Positions 1 through 11,615 of a stretch of 40,950 nucleotides of DNA are shown in pieces. The stretch is taken from the NCBI RefSeq assembly GCF_001194135.2, contig NC_068984.1, positions 89,787,096 through 89,828,045 on the forward strand. Reading direction: 5' to 3'. The stretch is from Octopus bimaculoides (lineage: Eukaryota). The stretch's first letter is position 1. Each line of letters opens with the position of its first letter. The position numbers were made by a program, and so were the translations under genes. The notes below the pieces were generated by a model. It had not been told where the DNA came from, did not search any database, and worked only from the letters and a program-made list of their open reading frames with translations.

Positions 1-208
1 AAATGCGTTTTTTTTTCAATATTTATTTTTGCATGCAATAGCTGATTCTTTTGGTCAAACTATCGTATCTCCAACCGCTTCAGGTGCCAAGAAATCAAAA
101 CTTGTCAAAGTGTAGTACAATGGTTTTGCAATGGAATAGTGAAAATATTTTTTCGTTTTCTGAAAAAGCAACGTTTTGAACTTACGATACTTTTGCATAA
201 TAGCAACA

Positions 209-241
<33 letters not shown>

Positions 242-332
242 GGTGTGTGTGTGTGCGCGCGTGCGTGCGCGCGTGTGTGTGTGTGTGCGTGTCTGTGCGT
301 GCGCGCACGTGTGTGTTTGTATGTATAGTATA

Positions 333-1270
333 GAGTGGAGCAGCTTAAAAGTTCATAGGTTGGCCGTAAAGGAATGATGCTAGAGTTGTGAAATCTTGCA
401 TGCATTAGTTCCAACCCTTCTTGTTAATAAATGAATTGCTTTTTCCAGGTAAATTGACATGTCATAGTTCAAAGGAGATTTCAGTAGTAACTAATATTTA
501 CTATTTCAATAGTAACTAATAATCGACAAAATTTGGCGTAGTGGATTATTAAGAATCTGCAGAAAAAGCGTTTAACCTCATCGACATTCATGGTTGATAC
601 ATTAGGAGATGTCGCTCCAGCTTTATCAGCAGTGGAAAAGTGTGCGGATGAATTTAGCAGAAGGGAGAGTCTTGAAGATGACTCAAGGTTTTGGAGTTAT
701 GCAACTGCCACCACCGAGGAAAACCTTGATCGTATTCGCCACAGGCGATTGACAATTTATCAAAAAGCCAATGTTATTGGAATATGTTGTGGGAGAGTTG
801 GGAATATTCTGCACAATGAACTTAGCATGATGAAGGTTTCTGATCGGTGGGTCTTCGGATACCTGATCAAAAGCGCACCAGGTTATTGACACCACGGGAA
901 TATCTGCCATTGTTTGAAACAGACCCAGCTAGTTTTCTTGAGTGTTTCCTAATCCAGGATGAGTGTTCGGTTCATCACTTTGAGTAAGATACAAAGATAC
1001 AATCCATGCAGTAGAAACACCTCTTCTCGCCTACTCCAAATAAGGCCGAGGTCATTTTACCTGCAGGGGTGGTAATGGCATCACAGAGAGAACGTTCCTT
1101 GAAATATGTCCCTATGGTATTGCATTCTACGAATGGCAATGGAAACGCTTCTTGTATTAGTGTGGAGATCGAAGAAGTCAGAATTCTACGACCTTGATCA
1201 TGTTATCTGGAATATTATTAACTCGAAAAGCATATAGCACTTACGAGTGAGTAACAGAACCAAATGCTTT
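333..1270 (+). mobile_element. Decayed Tc1/mariner transposon (transposase N-terminal HTH region and part of the catalytic domain)
   Basis: ORF 590-889 (MVDTLGDVAPALSAVEKCADEFSRRESLEDDSR..ATATTEENLDR..RRLTIYQ..NILHNELSMMKVSDRWV) matches the mariner pattern 'F..GRESLEDDPRSGRP.TA....I.R..RR.T....ILH..L.M.KVSARWVP'. Sequence near 1020-1080 resembles 'SPTPKKAKV..SAGKVMAS'. It carries stops and frameshifts, and the boundaries are approximate. Confidence 0.8.
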
Positions 1271-1730
1271 CCTGTAATCCAATCAGTCTCTTTTGCCGAA
1301 CTACTAAGTTACGGGTACGTAAACACACCAACATTGGTTGTCAAGCAATGGTGGAGGTACAGACACTGACACAAAGACACACACATAAATACAGATATAT
1401 ATATATATACATATATATATATATGTACGTATGTATGTATGTATGTATGTATATACGAAGACTTCTTACAGTTTCCGTCTACCAAATCCACTCACAAGGC
1501 TTTGCTCGGCCCAAAGCTATAGTGGAAGACACTTGTCCAANNNNNNNNNNNNNNNNNNNNNNNNNNNNNNNNNNNNNNNNNNNNNNNNNNNNNNNNNNNN
1601 NNNNNNNNNNNNNNNNNNNNNNNNNNNNNNNNNNNNNNNNNNNNNNNNNNNNNNNTATATATATATACATATATATATATATACATATATATATATATGT
1701 ACGTATGTATGTATGTATGTATGTATATAC

Positions 1731-1889
1731 GAAGACTTCTTACAGTTTCCGTCTACCAAATCCACTCACAAGGCTTTGCTCGGCCCAAAGCTATAGTGGA
1801 AGACACTTGTCCAAGGTACCACGCAGTGGGATGGAATCAGGAATCATGTGTTTGGGAAACAAGCTTCTTACATTACAGCCACACCTGCG
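1731..1889 (-). mobile_element. tRNA-derived SINE (octopod-type), flanked by (TATG)n
   Basis: The reverse complement reads cgcaggtgtggctgtaatgtaagaagcttgtttcccaaacacatgattcctgattccatcccactgcgtggtaccttggacaagtgtc...aaagccttgtgagtggatttggtagacggaaactg. It has A/B-box-like motifs, and the same core 'ccaaagccttgtgagtggattt..tagac.gaaactg' recurs at ~24915-24955 and ~30315-30350. Confidence 0.75.
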
Positions 1890-2436
1890 TCTATGTATGT
1901 ATGTATGTATGTATGTATGTATGTATGTATGTATGTATGTATGTATGTATCTATGTATGTATCTATGTATGTATGTATAACAGTTGTAGTTTATCGGTAA
2001 ACGCAATCTTTTGGGGACGAAAGTAAGTTCAAGTTCCTCCAAAGACGGATATGCTGATTCAGGAAATAAGAACCTGTACATTTGAATCCTGTCTAGTAAA
2101 TACATATGCGTCAATGACATTGGTTATTGTCTAGAAAGGCGGATATTGAGACAATAACAACTTGTCTCCAATCTAGGATACTCCCACGTCTATGGATGTG
2201 AAATACTTAAAACATTTTACGTACTTTTGTCAGCTGATATAACTCTAAATCCAGTAAATGAAATATTCTTCGCTTGTGAATGAGTTTATCACCCTACTAC
2301 CACTTCCACCACTTTCACCACTCCCACTACTTTCACCACCTGCACCACAGCCACAATCACCACCATCGTCACTGCACCTGGCGCCGTCACCGTCATCATT
2401 ATCCTCCTCCTCCTCATCATAGATAAGTTGTAGCAA

Positions 2437-2787
2437 AATGGATGCGACACAAGGATGCTACGAATGGCTCTTAATGTGAATTGGCAGCAACATATGACAA
2501 ATGAATGCCTTTATGGACCCCTGCTGGAAGTTAACGAGAAGATCAGGAAAAGACGGCTGCGACTCTCTGGTTACTGTGTACGTCACCCTGAACTGAAAGC
2601 ATCATAATTTGTCACGTGGAACCCACTTCATAATGATGTAAGAAGAAGAAAACGTCGTGACACTCACATCGACACCCAGATTGCAGACCACTGGCCTGGA
2701 ATGTATCCAGGACCTCGAGACAGTGATGATGGACCGAGAAGTGTGGCGGGTGGACTTTGTTGCTGTGGCTCAGTTTGGAACTCGGTA

Positions 2788-2819
<32 letters not shown>
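2437..2819 (+). mobile_element. 3' end of an RTE-clade LINE with a (TAA)n tail
   Basis: It translates as NGCDTRMLRMALNVNWQQHMTNECLYGPLLEVNEKIRKRRLRLSGYCVRHPEL, and later ..GLECIQDLETVMMDREVWR. This is the typical post-RT C-terminus of RTE elements. A (TAA)n run follows at 2789-2819. Confidence 0.75.
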
Positions 2820-3491
2820 TGCACTACTGGGTACTGCACACATTCTACGCAAAACACTTTCAATACAGTAAACATAAGAGCACCACAGCAAACCACAGCA
2901 CATACCCAAGGCGCACAGAGCTGCGCTCGGTAGTGAAGTGAAAGCACGTTATAAAAATAAAATTACTGAACAATAATAATNNNNNNNNNNNNNNNNNNNN
3001 NNNNNNNNNNNNNNNNNNNNNNNNNNNNNNNNNNNNNNNNNNNNNNNNNNNNNNNNNNNNNNNNNNNNNNNNNNNNNNNNNNNNNNNNNNNNNNNNNNNN
3101 NNNNNNNNNNNNNNNNNNNNNNNNNNNNNNNNNNNNNNNNNNNNNNNNNNNNNNNNNNNNNNNNNNNNNNNNNNNNNNNNNNNNNNNNNNNNNNNNNNNN
3201 NNNNNNNNNNNNNNNNNNNNNNNNNNNNNNNNNNNNNNNNNNNNNNNNNNNNNNNNNNNNNNNNNNNNNNNNNNNNNNNNNNNNNNNNNNNNNNNNNNNN
3301 NNNNNNNNNNNNNNNNNNNNNNNNNAGGTCATGCGCTGTTTATCTTGATATGAGATCACCATGTCGCGCACATATGGTTGTGATGCATGTGCCTGGTGTA
3401 CCCTTATCAGACGGGTAGTCATGATGGGTACATTGGGCTTTGTATATTTTACCCCAGTGTCACTTTGATGGCATGCACTGCTCTCTCACTC

Positions 3492-3554
<63 letters not shown>

Positions 3555-4149
3555 GTAGCAAAATCCTAATAGATCGGTCCAATTTATTGCTAATACGTAA
3601 ACTACACCGTGTATTCCCTCAGAAACGCAAATCTATAAGTCTAGGCTATCTATGCTATCTAGACTATTGTATATCTTCAAACATCCCCAGAAAGGGATAT
3701 AGCTACTACATATATGTCGTACCTACTTTTCCTTACCCATCTTTCTCAATTGGATATCAGTAGAAAGATATCTCTTTACTCAGGTTCAATGTCTCCTTTA
3801 CTCAGGTCTATAAGTTCATCTGTTTCTGTTGCCTCTCTGATAGTCCTTCAACCACCAAAAATATTTCAATACGTACATTGAAAAAGATCTATTTTATGTC
3901 ACCCCCGCCTTGAAATCATTAACTTCTGTTAATTCAATGTTCACAACTCGTCTTTGTCTCGGTCACTCTTTCTATGCAGGTGCTGTTGGCACAGAAACCG
4001 AATGTTTTGCTATTTGGAACTCTGTAACTGTTAATACCATTAATCATCCGAATCACTGAGCGACAGAAACACCTTGAAACCACTTTTGATCTCTTTTTGC
4101 CTTAGATCTCAGCGTTTTACTACTCTTTTGAAGCTAACATATTTTTCTG

Positions 4150-5900
4150 CCAGTACTTGATCTGATCAAGACTACCTGCCACTTATACACATATTATAGA
4201 ACGTAAGAAATTCAAGTAGGTAACTGAAACCATTCCCTCAACCATGCTCCATTCATATTCTTTACGTGCTCAAAACCACGAGTCTTCTAAATGGTTCTCA
4301 CACAGTGTGGCAGCAGTACAAACAAACAACGTGCGTAACTTTTACCTGCTACTCAAAATTGTGCAAGACTTTTAGCCACACCTCCAAGTTGTACAAGGCT
4401 AACAACTTGAAAGCCCTTCCATCAACCATTCCTCTTAGTCCTTTGTCAAAAGGATTTTTACTAGCATTACTGAATCCACTTCTCCCGAACCAAAATGGCT
4501 TCGTAAGTAGTACTCTCACGGAGGAAGCTTACATATTTTCTCCCAACACTGCATCCGTCTCAGTAATATATAAAATCTACATCTCCCCATCACAACATGA
4601 ATTTTACTACTAAGTATACATAAGCGTCTAATACGAAAATACATCTGGTCACTGCAGGGTCGTCAGCCCTGATAACGTTCTTTCTATTTCTAGCATCTTC
4701 AGTGTACTTCAGTACTAGCCTGTTTCTTCATCAATCTCTTCTACCTTTCTCTCTATATAAGAATTCATTTTAACCTTTGTAACCATGGTTCAGTGTGTTC
4801 AATCTGGTTGAGCAAGCCCTCTGCTTCTTCAGCTATTGACCTAACGCATTCAATTCAAGTAATCGTTCGCCCTACTTTAATAGTCCCTTAGTTACTATAA
4901 ATACAGTATCAATAGAACTAGATCTAACGTGGATTAGTTTCCCTGTATCACTCACATATAGTACTGCATCCATGATAATGTCAGTAAAGTAATATTGCAT
5001 TTAATATTGTTAAGCCTTTAACGATGTCTGAAAATATGCTTTCAAAGATGTGGTTTCAATTTTAAGGGAAATTTGACTAAACTACTATTTCTAGAAGTAG
5101 GAGGGACCACGTGAAGGCTTCCTCCTATAACCACGTCTCGAACGAGAACCATTTAGTTAAGTCTGCACACTTATAGTTTTCATCAGTCCTCCACTTCATA
5201 GAACACGTTGACAGGCCAGTCAGTCTCTGACTCACATTATATAAATTTTTAATTCGGTTACTTCCTAATACTCCTCCTGTTGTACATTAGTAATCTACTT
5301 ACAACGCTGACACCACTCTTCACAGATGCTACTCTTCACTTATACATCTTCCGTACTTAGACGTCATTCACGTGCAATACAGACATCTCACACCAGATAC
5401 GTACTTCTTTCATGGTGAAAAGCTTCGAAAATATTCTCAAATGGAGACCACGAAATCTTTTTCATTTTGGACTGCGCAGCAACTTCATCATAACTGATAG
5501 AAAGAAAAATATTTGCACCCCCTGTAGTCGTATACGATACTCGATTAAAACCTTCATAGTCGATACAAATGCAAAACTTATAATCTCTCACTTTTATAGG
5601 CGGCACGACTTGTATAGAAAAGCTAAATCTGCGTTTCAGACACTCGTTTTCTCGTCGGAACAAGAAAAATTTCCAGCTCTGGTCAATTATTGATCCCTTT
5701 CAAGCAAAACCCACAACGGAGTACTTTTCCTATATCTAGGTCACTGTCTCTGCAATAGACACAAACATTAAAGATTACATTCATTCAAAGTATGGGGACC
5801 TAACTGATTACTCATTCATGAAGACATTGTAAATTCTGACCCATAGGTATGCTGGCTGCTGTTTATTGACTACTTCATATTTCCACTTGATATTTTTACT
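4150..5900 (-). mobile_element. Highly degraded LTR-retroelement pol (RT and RNase H remnants)
   Basis: ORF 5388-5663(-) contains VVPPIKVRDYKFCICIDYEGFNRVS, resembling the Ty3/Gypsy RT motif 'PV.KKDG..R.CIDYR.LN.VT'. Downstream minus-strand fragments are 'TWL*EEAFT', 'ECVRSIA', 'DVDFIYY*DGCS' and 'I*KTRGF'. There are many stops, no LTRs were recognised, and the limits are approximate. Confidence 0.45.
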
Positions 5901-6101
5901 TTATCTCACGAATCAGTTCCTGCAATTCAACTTGTCAATTCAACCAAAGCATCGATCCTTTGAAATTCCTTTCCCTTTTCATGAGACATCGACTTGCATT
6001 TCTTCAGACTGAATAGAAATTCTATTGAGGCTTGCAGGGTTTATATTATAGTCCCTACCTCTTAAGTAAACAAATAAAAATATACTAGCTATATTCAATA
6101 T

Positions 6102-6170
6102 AAGGCGGTGCTCCAGTATGGCTGCAGTCCTGCTACAGAAACCATTAAAAGACTGGAAGAATAAAAGAAT
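6102..6170 (+). repeat. Short interspersed repeat 3' tail (taaggcggtgctccagyatggc.gcagtc...)
   Basis: Near-identical motifs occur at ~18838-18900 and ~31289-31345. Confidence 0.6.
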
Positions 6171-6459
6171 TACAACGCTGTTATTAATTCATATGAGAGG
6201 GCTGTGGAATTCAAGATTTAGCCGCCTTTAATCTAGTTTCAGCGGCTTCACTTACAGAAGTTAACAAAATTTCATCATTTTTTAAAACTTTTTTTTTTTT
6301 TGGCAATCAATGTTTAAACTATTTGACTTCAAGGAACTCAAAGCACATCTGTAACCATCTGGGTTATAAGAAACTACCATTTCGTTTCATTGTAACGAAC
6401 ACATTATGAATTGATATTTTATTTACACCAGTTTTAAGTAGAACGAAGGTTAAAATGAC

Positions 6460-7765
6460 GTGATAGAACCCTCTTGATAATCCTTGCTGTCTCTAAGAGG
6501 CAAACTTACTGTAGGAGCTCTACTGGGCACTCTATTTCAATCTCCTTCAGCTATTTGTCTATATCTTTGCTTACTATTTCCAAGCACCAATTATTATAGG
6601 CACGACCTTTACTGTTCGCGCGCTACAATTTTTACCTATTTCAAATTTTAAGGGCTTGTATATTTTTGTTTATGTTTTTCTTCCTCTTCCTTTACGTTCT
6701 TGGAATCAAAGGGGTACGCTGGGTGGTTAAGTAAGCAGCTTCGCTTTTCCTTACCTATAATCGTTATGTCTGGTCTGTTATTTTCTAACTTCTTGTCTGT
6801 TTCAATAGGAAAGTCCCACAAATTCTTACGTGTTTCCAGCTTCAAATCCCCATTTCTGGCACAGATTCCAGTGTAAAACTTTTACAATCTGGTCGTGCTG
6901 CCATTTCTTATATTCTTCCTGTACCAACTTGGGGCATTTTGCCACAATGTGTGATACTGTCTCGTTCCAAATTCCACATTTTTTTGACGCATTCTCTTCA
7001 TATAAAATTTTTTGCAAGTTGTTAGTTTTTATCGCTTCATCTTTGGTTGCTACACTTCCGATCTATGTTCCTTTTTTATAATTATCCCTTTTTTAACCAA
7101 GTCCAGGATTTTGTTCCACATACGTCTTCAGTGGTTCTTCAAAACTGACCATGCAGGGGTTTCTCTTCGGTCTGTCTGACGTGCTCCCTTTGTATTTCAT
7201 CTTTGTCCTTTCCTTCTATTTAGCGCTTCATCATTTGTTCTTTATTAACTGTCTTTAGTAGTTTTTCTGTACTGCTATGTAAATACGTTACTAGACATTT
7301 TCTTTCCATCTGTACACATTCCTAATTGCTGTTAAAGCCTCAAAGTCTCTTCCACCCTGGTCTCTCCTCAAATATAGTCGGTTGATATCAGCTTTCGAAT
7401 GGTGGGCTCCATACATCGTCAATAACTTCCTAGTTTTTCTGTCAAGTTGCTTTATCCTGTTTTTGGTCCAGTCTATAATTCCAACTCCATATCTGATTAC
7501 AGGTACTGCTCTTGAATTTATTGCTTCAATAAGATTTTTGGAATTCAGCTTTGACTGCAATAATTTTCTTACTCTCTTGGTGTACTCCCTAGTGGTAATT
7601 TGTTTCATTTCTTCATTTTCTTATCTCGTTTGCTTCAAGTATTCCCAAGTACTTATACCATTGTCTTTTCTCAACCGCTCTCATTGTTTGTCCATTTAGC
7701 ATTTCAATTCCCAGGATTCTTTCAAGTCTTTCTCGTTTCATTTTCAATATAGCGCACTTTTCCAT
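6460..7765 (-). mobile_element. R4/Dong-like non-LTR retrotransposon fragment B (post-RT, CCHC knuckle, RLE endonuclease)
   Basis: Minus-strand fragments include GMEKCAILKM, YKYLGI, EYTKRVRKLLQSKLNSKNLIEAINSRAVPVIRYGVGIIDW..LDRKTRKLLTMYGAHHSKADINRLYLRRDQGGR, KPLHGQF, KKCG..ETVSHIVAKCPKLVQEEYKKWQHD, LWDFPIETDKKLENNRPDITI and VKVVPIIIGA..LLETARIIKRVLS. Confidence 0.85.
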
Positions 7766-8708
7766 CCTTAAGAAACCATAAGAAAATCATGTGTTTGCTT
7801 TAAAATTTGAGATCACATAGACAGTATTTTACGTAGGATATGAGCAGTTCCCATGAGCACTATCTTTTGAACTTCAGCCATTTTGGGGTTTCCTGGAATC
7901 TGATCTAGGTAGTAATCAGCCCGTTTCGCTGTCATTCCCAGGGCACCTATGACAATAGGTATTGTTTTCGTCTTCAGATTCCACATTTTGCTAATTTCTA
8001 TTTCAAGATCTTTATATTTGCTCAGTTTTTGGTAGGTCTTGACAGATACGTTTATATCGATTGGGACAGTCATATCAATGAGGAGGCATGATTTTTGTCT
8101 GAAGTCTTTNNNNNNNNNNNNNNNNNNNNNNNNNNNNNNNNNNNNNNNNNNNNNNNNNNNNNNNNNNNNNNNNNNNNNNNNNNNNNNNNNNNNNNNNNNN
8201 NNNNNNNNNNNNNNNNNNNNNNNNNNNNNNNNNNNNNNNNNNNNNNNNNNNNNNNNNNNNNNNNNNNNNNNNNNNNNNNNNNNNNNNNNNNNNNNNNNNN
8301 NNNNNNNNNNNNNNNNNNNNNNNNNNNNNNNNNNNNNNNNNNNNNNNNNNNNNNNNNNNNNNNNNNNNNNNNNNNNNNNNNNNNNNNNNNNNNNNNNNNN
8401 NNNNTGCTATGATAAACCCCTCTGTTTCTGATTTCAAGCCAGAGGCCATTTACCATTGGTGGGTAAGGGCTTTGTCAATATCTGCATTATTCGCTCTCTT
8501 TGGGTATTTGCCATTGAGAGGTTTTCCATGCCATTTTTCAGTCATAATATCTAAGGCAGCAATTTTTGCACGGGTTTTCAAGCGCTTAGCTTTTTCTGCA
8601 GGTGTTCGTCTAATTCTTGAATTTGTTGCAATTGGAATTCACTTAGATATTCCTTTGCCTGCTTTGTTACTGAGTAAGATGCTTTCTTGCATTCATATTT
8701 TAAGACAA
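7766..8708 (-). mobile_element. R4/Dong-like fragment A (C-terminal RLE part; includes gap 8110-8404)
   Basis: Fragments include EKWHGKPLNGKYPKRA..QW*MASGLKSETEGFIIA and, after the gap, TVPIDINVSVKTYQKLSKYKDLEIEISKMWNLKTKTIPIVIGALGM..GTAHILRKILSM*. A short 3' UTR piece then abuts element B. Confidence 0.85.
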
Positions 8709-8709
8709 G

Positions 8710-8730
8710 TTATTATTATTATTATTATTA

Positions 8731-8763
<33 letters not shown>

Positions 8764-8773
8764 NNNNNNNNNN

Positions 8774-8804
<31 letters not shown>

Positions 8805-8805
8805 T
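8710..8805. repeat. (ATT)n microsatellite; others at 3491-3552, 11146-11238, 11549-11615 and 17706-17803
   Basis: Read directly from the sequence. Confidence 0.95.
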
Positions 8806-11125
8806 ACTTTTAATCTGCATGTTTGTTACAAGAAACCACCGAGACACCCCCAGCGTCCTAGACCGAGTGAAGGATAATAGCTGTTACAGTATAACTGAAG
8901 GCTTGGGAGGGGGAGGGGCATTTGCGAAATATTTTCATGTAATACAACACATACATTTAAATTGATAAGATTTTTCTAAGGATATGTGCAGTACTTGTCA
9001 GCAGAGTCTTTTGGATTTCTCTGAGACATGGTTCTCCTGGAATATTATCTAGATATTTCTTACATCCTTTCTTATCATACCTAGGGCACCTACAATAACA
9101 GGAACAGTTCTCGTTTTTAGATGCCACGTTTTATATTTCAATTTCCATGTCCTTATATTTACTTAATTTGTGAAATCCCTTTACAGATATATTTTTTATG
9201 AGTGGGAAAACGTACGGCTATTAGTCTACAGGTATTTCCTTCACTGTGTTTAAGTAGTATGTCTGGACGATTAGCCTGGGTCGTTCTGTCGGTGTTGACT
9301 GGAAAATCCCAGAAGATAGTGACATTTTTACCTTCAACGACTGGCTCAGGATGATGTTTATACCAATAAGCAGGAGTGCTGATTTTGAAGTGTTTACACA
9401 TTTTCCAATGTGAGTACAGTCCTATCCTATCGTGGTAATTTTTGTATTTGTTTAGTGTCAGCACAGGACATCCCGAGACGAGATAGTCTATTGTTTCATC
9501 AAATGTATCGTAGAATCTGCATTTAGGGTCAGACCCGTTTTGAAGGACGTTAGCCTGGTAGTTTTTTGGTAAGCAAGCTTTGATCTTGTGCCGCTAATAG
9601 ACCTTCAATCTATGTTTTCATTCCTAAGCTTCTCAGCCACTGATGGATTGTTGCTTGGTCTACGTCAGCATTTCGGCTTCGAAGCATATACTGTCCATGC
9701 AGAGGCCTCTGGCTCCACCACTCTTCGATTTGTTTCTGCCCGTTCTTTTTTGCTGTCTGTTTGATCCATTTCGCTTATTTCGTGGCAGTAGTTTTAGGTT
9801 TTTTTTATGTAACTTAAGGTTAATGCCAAGTTTCCTTGCGAATTTGTAAGCTCCCTTAACAATAGAATGTGATTTTTTCCTGCTATCGTGTTTGCACACT
9901 AGATAAGTACTTGTTCATTGCTAGTGTGGAGGTCTTATAACACAGTTCTACCTGCATCATTCCTCTTCCCCACTATGACTTCTAGATAGGTACAGACGAT
10001 CAACATCTGCTTTTGGGTGGTGCATGTTCTTCCTGCCCAGGCGCTGGAGCTCTGTAAGATTCCAGTTAATGATATTAAAACTGTTTCGAACTACTGGAAG
10101 TGCCAGAGTGTTAATGGCTTCGATGCGACTTTTGGAGTTGAGTTCAGTTTTTAGTATGAATTGTATTCTTCTGTAATACACATTTCATATTTTTCCTTTA
10201 TAGCAGCATACTGCATACCATCTCCTTCGTTTATTCCCAGGTATTTATAGCTTTCTTGTGGGTCAAGCTCCGTGATGGTAATGTCAGTATCTAATTTAAT
10301 GGAAGTTGTTTGCTTGAGCTTGCCTTTTACATAAGCTGCTTTAAAACACTTATCGAGGCCAAAATCCATCCTGATGTCATTGCTGAACTTTTTAACAGTT
10401 GTTAACAGCCTTACTAGCTCTTCATCATTTCTAGTAAACAGCTTCAGACCGTCCACATAAAACAGATGATTTACTATAATTTTATACATTTTGAACCCAT
10501 ATCTGGTGTGATTCAGTTCGTTTGTGAGTGGGATCAGTGCAATGCAAAAGAGTAATGGGGAGAGGGAGTCACCTTGAAAGATGCCTCGTTTGATGTTGAT
10601 GTTGTTAGATTGGCTCATTACATTACTATGGTTTAGAGGGAGACGTGTATTCTACTTGGCCATGCTACCTTGTAAGAACCTGGAGGTAACAGCAGAGATC
10701 TTGCATATCTCAAGAGCCTTGAGTAACCAACTATGTGGGACACTATCAAACGGTTTCCTGTACTCTATCCATGCCATACTCAGGTTCTTGTTGATCCGAC
10801 AATTTCCTACAATCATTTGAGCTTGTGGAAGGATAGAGTTCTGTTCCGGAAAGTGTATATTCTGTCAGTTAGTATGGATGTAAGAATCTTATAGGTGGTG
10901 TTGAAACATGTTATTGGTCGGTAGTTCTTTGGATTTTTTATGTCTTCAGTTTTCGGTAGAAGGCATGTTTGCTCTGGATTCTGGATGACATCAGTTAGGC
11001 ATGCAGCAAAAGTTTGGTGTACTTCTGTCAAATAATTTAACCATAGGTTAGGGATTCGGTCTAGTCCTGCGATTCTCCATTCGTGAGACATTCCGAGAAC
11101 ACATCTTAGCTCTTCTACTCCTATT
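8806..11125 (-). mobile_element. R4/Dong-like fragment C (RT, knuckle, RLE and 3' UTR) ending in a (TAA)n tail
   Basis: RT motifs include KNPKNYRPITCFNTTYKILTSI, RGIFQGDSLSPLLFCIAL, HLFYVDGLKLF (YMDD degenerate), FGLDKC and YKYLGIN. Later motifs are HPKADVDRLYL, FWDFPVNTDRTTQANRPDI and TAHILRKILSI*. The 3' UTR (~8960-8806) runs directly into the (ATT)n array at 8710-8805. Confidence 0.9.
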
Positions 11126-11167
11126 GCCTCCTGTTTATTATCGTTATCATCATCATCATCATCATCA

Positions 11168-11221
<54 letters not shown>

Positions 11222-11238
11222 TTATTATTATTATTATT

Positions 11239-11530
11239 GCAGAATCGTTAGCACACTGGTCAAAATGCTTAGCGGTATTCCGCCTGTCGCTACATTCTTA
11301 GTTCAAATTCCACCGAGGCGGTGGGCAGGCAGAATTGTTAGTACGCCGGGCGAAATGCTTAGTGATATTTTGTCTGTCACCACGCTTTGAGCTGAAATTC
11401 TTCCGAGATCGATTTTGCCTTTCACCCTTTCGGGGTCGATAAATTAAGTATCAGTTGAGTACTGGGGTCGATGTGATCGACTATCCCCCTCAAATTCTAG
11501 GCTTTGTGCCTATAATAGAAAAGATTCTTA
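11239..11530 (+). mobile_element. tRNA-related SINE with a duplicated head, followed by an (ATT)n tail
   Basis: Two tandem copies of gcagaat.gttag.ac.c.gg..aaaatgcttag.g.tatt... start at 11239 and 11329. They are followed by the body ttcggggtcgataaattaagta.cagttgag.actggggtcgatgt. A single-head copy lies at 33895-34110. Confidence 0.8.
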
Positions 11531-11545
11531 TTATCATTGTTGTTG

Positions 11546-11601
<56 letters not shown>

Positions 11602-11615
11602 AATAATAATAATAA

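Noticed and set aside
55-414. ORFs rich in HT, CV, YI, ER or poly-I/L/N/Y/R here and across the window
   Set aside because: They are translations of microsatellites or run through N-gaps, with no splice or domain support.
1395-1814. Apparent direct repeat of ~145 bp (1395-1540 vs 1656-1814) including a SINE part
   Set aside because: The copies are essentially identical and flank an N-gap, which is the classic signature of unmerged contig overlap rather than a real duplication.
2245-2436. Thr/Pro-rich or Gly/Ser/Asp-rich low-complexity stretch resembling a coding linker
   Set aside because: It is a degenerate (CAC/CAT/CCT)n compound repeat, with no convincing splice sites or connection to a gene.
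11146-11615. Repeat-spacer-like alternation that might suggest a CRISPR array
   Set aside because: The context is eukaryotic, the units are SSRs and SINE heads, and there are no constant-length repeats with unique spacers or cas genes.
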